64,000 nucleotides of DNA from Tubulanus polymorphus (taxonomy: Eukaryota > Animalia > Nemertea), in the NCBI RefSeq assembly GCF_964204645.1, contig NC_134028.1:21262345-21326344 (forward strand). The letters run 5' to 3'. The notes beneath the pieces were generated by a model. It saw only the letters and a list, made by a program, of their open reading frames with translations, ran no database searches and was not told the DNA's origin. This document shows, piece by piece, positions 24,101 through 36,335 of this stretch (positions within the stretch are counted from its first letter, which is position 1; each line of letters begins with the position of its first letter). A program made the translations under genes and the position numbers.

Positions 24101-25626
24101 GATATAGAGTAATAGACCTCAAAAAGAGCCGGGTAACTCCAATGGCAATGTTAAACACAGTTGATTTGATGTCTTCAATTTGGATATTTGCAGCTACACA
24201 TAGTTTAGTTGACTATGAAACAGTACTATGCCTTTGATACCAATTTATAACTAAGTTTATATAGGAGGTGATCAATGTGTCAAAAGCTTTTGATAAATCC
24301 AAAAAACATCCAATCGAATGCAGAACCCACCGGGGCTACACACAAAATATGATGAAAATTACGATTATAGAAAAGTTTTTCGGAAAGCTCGGTTATTTAT
24401 TCCGGAAAAGAATCATTTCAATTCACAAAGAAAACGAGTTTATTCCGAATTTGAATAACTTTTCATGAATCTGTCTCCACAGGTATTCCGTACTAAAAAA
24501 ACTTCATCTCTTATAATTTGGCTGATATGCTGTCTATTTAACAAAGCTTTTTGAACATTAGAAATGACCAAATACATTATTATATTGTTTTTAGCTATTA
24601 GTAACATGAAGTAAAGAATAAAGCAGTATATCCCAAACTTTCGACTTCACCCCATTAATGGATATTCAATGAATTTCAAAGAAATATATCACATTCAAGT
24701 CGAGTCCAAACTGCAAATAACCCTCTTTAACCTCTGTGAAAATTGGATATGTAGATTAAAGAGATACTTAGATATTTCAAAATCAATGAATATCGCGATT
24801 TTTTTCGCGCGGGTTAAAGGCGGGCGTAGGTCGGCCTTGCGACGGCTTGCGACTCACTGCGACCCCCAGCGAGGACATCGCAACGACTCACCGACCTACG
24901 CCACCTTGCGACTGCCAGCGACGCCAGTCGCAATGAGTCGCATATGTTCTACTTTCTGCGACGCGACGCGACCGTCGCAACCGACCTGCGTGCTGTTGCG
25001 ACTGGCAGCAACTAGTCGCACACAGTCGCTGACAACAAATATCTGCATTTCATTTCCGTTAAAATGGTGTTTGAATTAGGTTCATCGAGCAAGGGACTGC
25101 AGAACTATATGATATTCAATCTAAACTTATGTTTTAAAAATGAGCGCAAATTATCGCAACAATAGACCTCGAGAACCCCCACAAAATGGCGCCTAGAAAC
25201 TGGAAACTTCTTTAAGTTAGGCTTAATCTTAGGAATCCAGAAATCTAATCGTTTGGAATTGAAGATCATTTCTACTAATCTTTAAGAATATTTTGATAGA
25301 TGACCTTTAGCAGACATGTTTGACTAGACGTCCCTTTGTATGAAAATTAACAAGAAACGTAAAAGAGTTATATAAGGTTTTCATCAAGTAAAACATCAAA
25401 ATTCTTAATTTGACTCAATGTAATTCTACAAAATCTTAACCTTTCGAATCGAATATCGAATATTGAGCGAAATCGTTTTAACTTCAAAAAATCTTTTTAG
25501 ATCTTAACGGTTTTTCAAATTATCTTAAATCTTTACTTTTCGAAACTAATAATCATAGTAAATAACGATTTACTTACATAGACATGAGAAAATCAGGAGA
25601 AATCGTAGACGATTTGAACGTGTCAT
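21161..25626 (-). CDS. Class B2/adhesion- or Methuselah-like GPCR with Cys-rich ectodomain, copy 1 (~845 aa)
   Basis: Exon 1 is 25626-25578 (MTRSNRLRFLLIFSCL, GTAAGT donor, phase 1); exon 2 is 23649-21161 (TACTTTAG acceptor). Contains SMB-like CSCDCSVLGNCCD, YKNMYCAMCHG and YFRNSYCLRC, followed by a 7TM_2-type region (LTFPGKLIVNFCISL, CVGMAALKH, YGSPRTCW, GVTWIIGF, LNSSQGFLIF). Confidence 0.9.
23678..24093. mobile_element. 416-bp MITE of the same family, in the GPCR intron
   Basis: Same TIRs as 20650-21065. Lies ~28 nt from the acceptor and is absent from copy 2, where ~70 nt of other sequence occupies the site. Confidence 0.9.
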
Positions 25627-28600
25627 TGTTAGTTGTCTGTCGTTGTCGATGTTTCTCGGTGAGCTTTCTGAAGCTCAGTTTATACTGTGACTGTCTCTTG
25701 GCGCGTTTGTGAACTGTATTCGTAGAGAAACGTGAACAAACTTCGCAGAGAAAACTTCTGTCGTGAATTAAACGTATCTCAATAAGCGATTCTAATCTAA
25801 TTTTTCTGTTCTGGGTGATGGTAAAAACACGTATAGGAGGTAATCACTCCTGCATGACTCGTGCGCGTGACAATTTATATTACCTTACATTATCTTTTCA
25901 TTTATTCGGAGGTAAGGATTTTCAGGAGAAATGAAATGTAACGTCGAAGGCACATTTTTTTCAAGCGATTACCATTGCACACAATTAGATTTGGAATGGA
26001 ACAGAAAGAAATACGGATCATTTATCTCAATATTGGAGTATTTTCCACGTGAGAAATGATGAAATGTGACAATTCCCTTGTACAGCTTTTCTTCCTCATT
26101 TTCTACATGCGTCATTACCGTAAACATTAACCATTATCCAAACCAACTGAGCTTCCATTCCATGTTTTATCTGATACTGTAAACGAACTGCCATTTTTTG
26201 TAGTTCGGCTCTTCCGAGTCCTACTATACGCTATAAATTTTCAAGTAGTAACCAAAGATTTTCAATAATTAAAAAAGATACCTTGTTTCTCATCACCGCC
26301 TGCATCGAAAGAATTACCTTCAAAAACGTAAAAACCCACCCGAATTATAATTCTAAAGTGACAAATGAAATTTACTATGAAATGATATTTTATATGAAAG
26401 TTCATTTTCTTTTTTAAACTCGTTGTCTTACAATTCATTTTATTTTTGAAATAGTTGAAAAAAAGGTTTGGAAAATCTCTTGGGAACAAATGAATATTGC
26501 CGTAAAATAAAAATAATATTCATTTACCCTCATTATAAGTTCGCAAAGTTTTATCGCGACTTTTTAAAACTAGAAAAAAATGAAAACCTCCCGCCGCCCT
26601 CATCTGATATCTCCATGTTGCTGTGGTTATTAAGAAACAGGGCATCTTTTTTATTTGACCAAAACTGTGGGCTTTAAAACGAAGGGGCCTGAAACGCGGT
26701 GTAAGATCAAAGGGTCGTTGGTCGATGAGACGCTGGATTTCTATATTCAGGGTTTATAGGATTTTTGTTTATCTTTCAATCTGTAGATTGTTTTCTGTTT
26801 GTGAGTTGTTGTTCTGAAATATTACTCTACCATTAGCCGTGGCGTGACACTTACCGGCCACTTGGAATATTAATCTGCATCCAATTCGACAAATCGTTCC
26901 GTGTTATTGAAATGATTGAGGTATCACGTATCAAAATTTTCTATTTCTGATGATTTTATATCGCTTCAATATAATATCTCGTTTTCAACGAATTGCCTTG
27001 GATGACATTTTCATAGAGTGCACTCAAAATTCTCTATTCTACCGGATGATTTTTTTGTCGACTGCGCAGATTTTCAGATATTATCAGTTATAATGATTAG
27101 ATATTGTTAACTGTTAAATAAATTATCAACTCAGCACGAAATATTTTATAAGGTTTATTTCATATCCCGTGAAATCAAATTTAACAGTTCGGTATTCTAT
27201 TCACAGGCCTAAAATATTGGACTCGCCTAGAATTGAAAAAGTCCATAATAAGTCCACATTATGAGCCCCAATTGTGACATCTCATCTAATATGAGTCAAA
27301 AACACTATGTCGACAACAACACTAAGCCAACAACTGGACCAGCATGAGACAATTCGGCGCCGATAATGGCGTCGTTATTTTGAATAAATTAGAAAAATCT
27401 CAGAAATTCATGGATCGTGTAAATGCTACTAATTGTAAGCACCATGTTATTGCGCTTCGTCTGATCTTGAGATGTTGAAATCGGGGAATAAAGTTTTGAG
27501 GAAGCTATATTCTGTTCTGTATGGAGAAACAACGTTGTTCGTAAGTTCTCTCGTTTTTCGGGTCCATATTTCGTCTGCCCACCAGGGAAAATACGACATT
27601 TGGTGCCGAAAACCTACGTTAATGTTGGCTGAAAGTTCGAAAACCGATGATACTCTAGAGCGACTGGAATCAGCACTCATGGGCTACATAACGAAGATAT
27701 TGAAGAAAACCTACGGGAATTGGAAAACGATGCGGTCAATAAAGAAGTTTCCAGTTTCCAGCAAATATCTGCATTCAATTTCCTATAAAATGGTGTATAA
27801 ATTGATTTCGTCGAGCAAGGGACTGCAGAACTATATGATATTCAATCTAAACTTATGTTTTAAAAATGAGCGCAAATTATTGCAAAAATGGGACCTCGAG
27901 GGACCGCCACAAAATGGCGCCTAGAAACTGGAAACTTCTTTATTCCAATCCGACGAGCCTTTCAACGCAATAAAAGAAATATCATCCAGGCCGATATTAA
28001 AAAATAAGATAACGAAGTCATCGAGAATATTCAAATCTAACGGATTGGCTTCAAAACGCGACCCTGAAATGGTTGATCATATTTTACTATCCGGTGTTGA
28101 ACATCTTAAAACGGTCAGGGATCAGAAAGAATGGAATCAGTTCTATATGATTGATATATTCAAGTTTGCGTCTGTGACTGGATTCATGTCTTACTGAATA
28201 TTCTGTCCTAAATCACTGCATCATAACAATCATACATGTAGTTCTTATTTCGAGCGCAGTTTTTCAGTTTTTTTTTGCATTTCGAATGATAATAAACTCT
28301 CAACAATGGAATAATAAATATGAGACGAAAACAAAGAATGACAGAAAAACGACTAATTTTATTGATATAATTGTACAGGTTTTCAGTTACACAGAGTTGT
28401 CAACTTGTAGCAAGAAAGTGCAAATCGAAATTCTGTTGTAGAATTTTGCAGAAACAAACATCATTCAAATTAATGTACTTATCAAAAGAATTCTGATGTT
28501 AATACTATTACACTACTTCCGCTCAAATTCCGAACATCGGCAATATGAATATACTAATTTGTTGCCGGCATCGCACTGTTCGGCAGGAAATATGTTGCCG

Positions 28601-29981
28601 TCGTCTGAAAATTATATCAAAAATCATAATTCTAATGCTTGAATTGTTAGTGGGTTATCATGTTTCGGCTAATAAAACATTTTGATTAACGACCTATGTT
28701 CGATTTTAATGCGTTTCAGGATGCACACCTTAGCCTTTTGTGATATCGAGAAGCCGTTTTCGCATGTTTTATTACATGACGACGATCGCGATTTTGTTAG
28801 GTTTATTGGCTGTTGGATCCAACGAATCCTAATAGTGGATTTCATATTTATATATTTTGCGCTGTTCTTTTTTGAGCGAAGAGCTCTTCATTTATTTTAA
28901 ATGCAGCGTTATCATTAGGAATTGAATCAGGGTGTGGTACGTAAGTCACTACAAATATCCATGAAGATGATATTATTTCTGGCTGTGAGTCAATAAGTGA
29001 ATTGATCAATTATTATAAGTTTTCACGGGAATTATCATCCGAAGGTGGATTCGATCTACAAGAGTGATTTCGAACAGTATATAATTATGTAATGTAGCAA
29101 ACATTGAGAACGTGTGTGGTGAAAAAAGAATTGTAAAGATTCTAGGTGTGGAATTCTGATTCTAATGCGATAGATTCTAATGTTAGCGGACCGTGAACTT
29201 CCATTTGATGATACGTTAGTAACCAAAAGAGCCAGAACTTCTGTTTAAATCCAAGATCCATTGGGATTTGTCACGCCAGTCACTGCAAATGCAGAATTAT
29301 TCATTCAGAAATTGTGGCTGGACAAATTTCGAATGGGACGAGCCATTAAGTGGTGTTTTGATGGATGCTTGGCGTTTGATAAATCCAAACTTGGCAGAGC
29401 CTTTATCTATCCTCTTACCACGCCGGTATATGACAACTGGGAAGATAGGTGGAAAGAACGAAGTTCGCGAGTTCTCTGATTCGAGTGAACACGCTCATGA
29501 CAGAGTAGCTCATTCAAAATACGACAATCAAGTTTCATTTCAAATGTCAAAAAACCGGGTAGCACCTCATAGGCTCGTCGTACACCAGAAATGGAATTGT
29601 TGGCCGCATTTATAGCTGCTCGATTATCAGATTTCGTAAGGAATTCACTGCGTAATGTGGAACTAGTTTGTCACTTTTGGTGCGATAGCGTTGCACTGGG
29701 TTACATCTAGTAAATACTTTTCTCCTTCCGTAGCGAATAGAGTTTCTGAAATATGGAATTTAACACAGTTGAATCATTGGTATTTTTGTGAGGGCAAAAA
29801 TAATCCGGCTGATTTGTTGTCCCGATGGATATCTGCTAAGAATTCGGAAAAAATGATTTGTGGTGGTATGGCCCACACTTCCTATTGTCTGGTCATTACG
29901 AATCATTTGTAATGTTGAATAAGATTGATATGGATTCTCGCAATAATCAGATAGCTGTAAATACTGTAGAGATTTCTCATA

Positions 29982-30719
29982 AGGCTGATTTATGTCGACG
30001 CCTACCGACTCTTACCGATGCAACTGAGAGCAACCGCGATCGCAGCCCAGCTTTTGTCGACTGCGCTCCGATTCGCAGCAACTGAGGCCGACTAGCGGGA
30101 TCCGAGATCCACCCAGTTGCTTTCCTGCTTAAGTCGGTTACGATTACTGGCAACTGCAACGGCTCAGATGGTCACGTGATAAGCATTTTGAGAATAGATT
30201 TGAATCATTTTGAATTTTTGGGAAATATATTTCTATTAGAAAAGCTATTTCTTTAAGATCTTTATCGTTCTGATTCTGTTGTGAATACAATGTGCTAGCG
30301 ACATCACATAAAGATGGCCGCTCACACCATAATTCTACCAATTTCGTTTCTAGATCTTCGGTCCAGTCATCTGCCGTGCTGAAGGTTTGGTTTGCGTTTT
30401 GGACTACTTGAATTTGAAAGTTTATGACTAATTACGAATGACGCTAACTAGCGATCATGATTTGTACTATGTATATGCAGTCTCTTATAGGCTGGAATCC
30501 CTGCGCTCAGTTCTGTCGCGTCGCACATGAGCTTATGTCGGTTGCGATCGAAAGCAACTGTCCAAGTCGGTAGGCGTCGAGTTGCCGTCGCAAGCCGGCT
30601 TATGTCGAACCGATAGAGCACCAACTGGTGGCCTCTCGTAGGCCGTTAGTTGCCGCTGATCGGCGATAAAACCAGTTGCGTCGGTAGGCGTCGCGTTGCT
30701 TGTCGACATAAGCCAGCCT
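29982..30719 (-). mobile_element. Non-autonomous PIF/Harbinger derivative with MADF/Myb remnant, nested in BEL (paralog 51967-52750)
   Basis: TIR aggctgatttatgtcgac / gtcgacataagccagcct with ATA flanks. Internal VELWCERPSLCDVAS..YS..N..DK.LKEIA is MADF-like. Confidence 0.8.
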
Positions 30720-30887
30720 ATAAAGACGTTGTTAATAACTTGAACAATGCGATCGAAATCGACCGTTTCGACTCATTGACCAATCTCTTAAAGGTTACGT
30801 CATATGTTCCCCGTTTCGTGGATACGAACAAAAATTGTCGAAAGTACTTTGGTGCAATTAGTGTTGAGGAGATCGAAAGAGCAGAGA

Positions 30888-31780
30888 GTTTGGGCACTTA
30901 GTTGTCAAGGGTTCACTTTGAGAAGTTGTCAAAACGGGAAAAGTAAACTACCAGCTATCGCTCATCAGCTAAGATTATATCTTCTGATGGGGTTTTTCGC
31001 TTGGCGGGGAGAATTCAGAAGGTTATGTTTACCAGAATCAACTAAATACCCATCTTTGCTGCCTAAGTATAACAACTTCACAAGTTTGTATATAAAGTAT
31101 GCTCACTGTACAGTCATGCATCAAGGGTTAATCGACACGATGTGCTTTATTCGGCAGAGATACTGGATAACATGCATTAAGAGGAGAAGTGATTGCATTG
31201 TATGCAAGATAATCAATTGAATGCCTTTTAAGCTACCTGTTCCAGCCCCCGTTGCACTCAGTACGCATGCGCGAGTCGGACCCATTTGTTACGTTTATCA
31301 GGTGTAGTTTACACTGGTGCTCTGCATGTTAAAGATTTTGGGCACTTAGTTGTCAAGGGTTCACTTTGAGAAGTTGTCAAAACGGGAAAAGTAAACTACC
31401 AGCTATCGCTCATCAGCTAAGATTATATCTTCTGATGGGGTTTTTTCGCTGGGCGGGGAGAATTCAGAAGGTTATGTTTACCAGAATCAACTAAATACCC
31501 ATCTTTGCTGCCTAAGTATAACAACTTCACAAGTTTGTATATAAAGTATGCTCACTGTACAGTCATGCATCAAGGGTTAATCGACACGATGTGCTTTATT
31601 CGGCAGTGATACTGGATAACATGCATTAAGAGGAGAAGTGATTGCATTGTATGCAAGTTAATCAATTGAATGCCTTTTAAGCTACCTGTTCCAGCCCGTT
31701 GCAATCAGTACGCATGCGCGAGTCGCACCCATTAGTTACGTTTATCAGGTGTACTTTACACTGTTGCTCTGCATATTTTT
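30888..31780 (+). repeat. ~450-bp tandem duplication inside BEL unit 1
   Basis: tttgggcacttagttgtcaagggttcactttgag occurs at ~30888 and ~31337; there is a single copy in unit 2. Confidence 0.9.
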
Positions 31781-33129
31781 CTAATCAACAGTTAAAAACC
31801 TATAAAAACTTGTCTTTTCACTTGCACAGTTACGCGTGCGATTCATCTCGAGCTGGTTTCAGATCTGAGTACGGATTCTTTCCAACAAGCATTTCATAGG
31901 TTCTCAACAGGTCGCAACTTGCCTAGAACCGTGATTAGTGACAATGCGTCAAATTTCGTGTGCGCTTCGGACGAACTTTCTTTATTATTCAGAGATCCTT
32001 TAATAAAGTAATCAAAGGCTTAACGCCCCGTAGAATGGCGTTTTATTCCAAAAAGTGCCCCACTGCACGGGGGATTTTGGGAGAGATTGGTCGGTTGGTT
32101 AAGTCTTGTCTAAAGAAAGTTCTCGGTCGAGCTCTCGTTAATTTTTAAGAAATGTGAAGAACACTTGTTGTGGAGTGTGTGTCAATTCTAAATGATCGTC
32201 CATTAACACATGTTTCTTTAAGTATTGTGTGAACCATTATCAAAAAAGGTTAACTACCTAACCACATCCTATGATGAAGAATCTGTAGATGATCCAAATT
32301 ACGGTCAAACCGGGTTAAACCATCAGCGTATCACTCGCCGTGCTCAGCTTATTTCTCAGTTTTGGTCAAGATGGCACCACGAATATCATTATCATTATTT
32401 GTTGAAAATAATGTATTGTTAAACTGAATCTGATATATTGAAAAAGATAAGTGTGTCAGATAATCCTTCAAGAGCATCGAGTTTCACGACTGATTATCTT
32501 GGGTTATATATATCTGAGGAATAAATGTTGAGGGAGTGCTGTTCTCTTCTGATAAGAGAAACTACGTTGTCCGTTTTGCGGCTCTATATTTCGTCTGCTC
32601 ACCAGGGAAACTACGACACGATCTAGCGACACGAACTATTGATGTCTCATTATATTCATTTTTTGTCAAATTGTGTAATTTAAAGCATTTTACTGCGAAC
32701 CATAGTACTGAAAATTGGATTAGTTTGAGGTCGATGAAAATGCTCTCGTATAAATGTAATAGTAAAATCAATTTTCTATTTCCATTTAGTCTATTGTTGT
32801 TTTAGAAATGATATGATTTTCGAGCTTTGCCTAAAACTCGTTTCGACATGGTCAAAATCAACATTTTATGATGATATATTGTAACAGCACGTAATTTAGT
32901 TGTCATCTGCGCAGTGTTGCAGTGGGTCTAGAATGAAAGGTCCTTTTTCTTTACTACGTGCAGAAAAAGACATTCATGTAACTTTTTACGCTTATGTGAT
33001 TGCGATGCGAGTGTATTTTGTACTTTTCACAAAACAACCAACCAACTATTGAACTGATAGTGAATTTATAGTTATTTTTTACAGATCTTAATTCATTAAA
33101 GCTTAATGGTTTGTTATATCTATTCGTAT

Positions 33130-33312
33130 CTATTTACGGCATTTATAAAAGCAGTCCTTCCTGAAACATTGACCGTAGCAGAATTCTTTGCTGAATGGTT
33201 GCATCCTACATTCCGAACTGCAGTTCATACTGCGTAGGTAGCATGAAACCCAGTCACCGTTAACAACCGTAGCGCTCACAGCGACCATAATCAGAACTAA
33301 AATAAACACACA
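33130..33312 (-). pseudogene. Disabled copy of the Cys-rich secreted peptide
   Basis: Same exon as 54717-54899, but the acceptor is CAT instead of CAG, Cys8 is Arg (CYLRSMNC, 7 Cys), and the upstream region is replaced by unrelated fragments. Confidence 0.7.
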
Positions 33313-33532
33313 ATGAAAAACAACGTTTAAACTCAATTATATCTTTATTCATCTCAGTCGTTTCTTCAGTTTCTGCGGTGCAGACTAAAATGAAGAGTGA
33401 TTAGATTTAGAAATATCCTATAGCGATGTCATCTCTGTGTGATCCATTGCTAGTCCGTTTAATTGTTTTTGCTGTTCCAAGCAACTTTGCCAATTACTTT
33501 GCAGCGTTAAACAAAGCGAATAGTAACAAAAT

Positions 33533-33903
<371 letters not shown>

Positions 33904-36335
33904 CTACAAGTCATAAGAAATGTGTAAGAGAGTTAGAAAATAATATAATAATATAATAATACGTATCAATAATAATACAAATGATAAGAATCGATTGCCT
34001 TTTTCACCATTCCCTATTAATAAATGGGATAATGTATATATTATCAATATCATTGACATATGTTAATATTTTCTATTAATCAGAGACTGCATTGAAATAA
34101 TAAGAACTTACTGTTTCGCCCTTGATCTGCATCCCATGCAGATTTTATTAATAATGTTTTATTTCCGAATTAAATTACAATATAAAGTAGTAGGATTCAG
34201 TACAAAATATTGTAAAATAGGATGTTGGACGACAGGTGAAGTTAAAAATGAACTTATTACCTGAGAGGCCCAGTCGCCCACACACTCACATTCACGCCCC
34301 ATTCCTACATACAAGTTACATGACAAAAACATTCAACATAGAAAATATGATAATTCCAGGATATTCAGTATATTAAATTGATCAATTAGAAGTACATAAT
34401 TTCATCTAAACATATTGGGAAATGAGATAATTTTTTACAGTATTTCCAAACGAATTCTTTCAAAGTATCTTCACTATCCTCTCACACTTCGTTAGAAATC
34501 GCCGATATGCTCAGAATTAACACCTGAACAGAACTTCGCTAATTCACCTCTGGCTCGAGTCCAATTCTAAATCTACGGAAGCGATAATGGGCCTCCAGTT
34601 GTCGTGTTACAACTCGACAAGTCGCCATAATTATGTCAGCATATCGCAATATATCGCGTCAAGTCGACATATCGTGACGTGGCGTCCTCATCTTACATTT
34701 CGACGTGTCTTCAAATGACCAGATGCCTTCTCAAGTGTCGTTAGCCAAGTTCGTTTCGTTCTGAAAGGATCGTTCGGTTTTTAACTGAAACTGTCCTGAG
34801 ATGTTACTCACACTTGAGCGAAAAAGTAGCTCTAAACCCGGAAACCGACAACAAATTAAAATCAAAAACTGAAATAGGATATTACATATGACCGTTTATT
34901 AAATCAGAATTGTTTCAAGGAAATATTTCATGTTAGATCAGAACATTTACAAATAGATATCCTTATATTAATTATTATTATTACTCTCACACAAATCAAA
35001 TACAAGATGAAACAAGATGAAAGTTAAGATTGAATCAACAATAGTAATTTAAACCACGATTTAACTATCGAATATTCTGCAGCGTCAAAATCTCTTTACC
35101 GCTTAAAATCACCGTTCCGGTGCAGAAGAAATAGTTCTAATAATATCCCACATAATAAATAACAATCTTTCAGTTCAGGATCCAGTCCCACAGTTGTGTT
35201 TGAGATCAATTAGCGTTTAGAGCGGGAGCCGCCTTCTAAACATCCTGTCTACGGGCGTGAAGACTGTCTTCGCTGAACCAAGGAAAGAAACTATACCGCT
35301 GAGGAGTTAAAAACATAGATATAGAATAGGTTTATTCCCTGGTATCGAATCACTTATCCCAGGGATCACATTGAGTACTAGGGGAATTTCTGTTTCATAG
35401 ACGTGCATTTTTCTATTCCCTGGCAATAGGTTACTTATTCCAAGCAGTAAATTTGATACTAGCATCAGCTGAAAAATAGCTGCATTTATGCGCATTCCGA
35501 GCATTTTCTTGGCATTTCACCATTTCCGCAACTGCCTACGGAGACCAAACCTAGACATGTATTACGTAAAAAGATAATGATGATCACACAGAATGAAGTC
35601 GAATTGTCATTTCAAACAGAATAATAATTAAGAGTATCTATTGCAGATAGTGAGATCACGACAGAAAATCCTGCGCGGTGACCAGCCGGTCGGTACGGCG
35701 TCAAAATCTATCAAATGTTGAAAAAGATAAATTATACACTGCACGATAATAGACGATATTTCAATAGACTACGTATCTTAGCTGGAATTGATTTTAAAAG
35801 CTACTTCATGGAACACACGGGGCGGCGATATAATTGGACCATCAGTGATCCCGATCCCTAGAACAAGTCTTTTTTATGTTTTCATCAATTTAGAAATCTA
35901 TTCATTTTTAAAGACACCATCGTTTGGCCTGCATGCAGCCATCTATCATCGTTACAAAATTAAAATTCTGCTAAAATTACACCCATCACATACAGTGCCC
36001 ATGAAAGCTCGTGCCAATGTTACTTTTCATAATTCACTTGTCCTTGAACTTTCGGTGATGAATTGAACCGAAACGCCAAACAACTAACTCGTAATTCGTA
36101 AAACGTAAGTCGTAGAACGTAATTCGTAAATCGTAAGTCGTAACGTATTGAAGGAATTGTATCAGTAACTCGTAAAACGTTACTCGTAATTCGTAAATCG
36201 TAACTCGTAAGTCGTATGTGGCCCTTGAGGAATTCCATAGCATATTGACTGTTGAGAAATTTATTTCAAATCCGACAACCACCTTTTTGTCAATGCGTAA
36301 CCTGAAAATGTTGCGTGGGGTCTGAAGTTTTTATT

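Larger units (their letters stand above)
27473..32617 (+). mobile_element. Decayed BEL/Pao LTR retrotransposon, unit 1
   Basis: LTR-like end ...ccagggaaaatacgaca followed by PBS TGGTGCCGAAAACC at 27601 (tRNA-Phe-like). RT: ILMRFR..AFCDIEK.F..DDDRDFVRF. Pao RNase H: DPLGFVTPV, EWDEPL, FSDSSE, NPADLLSR, WWYGP. Integrase: ISDNASNF, LNDRPLT, FWSRWHHEY. 3' LTR-like segment ~32400-32617. Many stops and frameshifts. Confidence 0.9.
19659..33335. repeat. Segmental duplication unit 1 (paralog at 34793-54918)
   Basis: Collinear high identity from gtcc(a/t)gagatgttactcaca through the GPCR, the BEL relic and the peptide exon. Confidence 0.92.
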
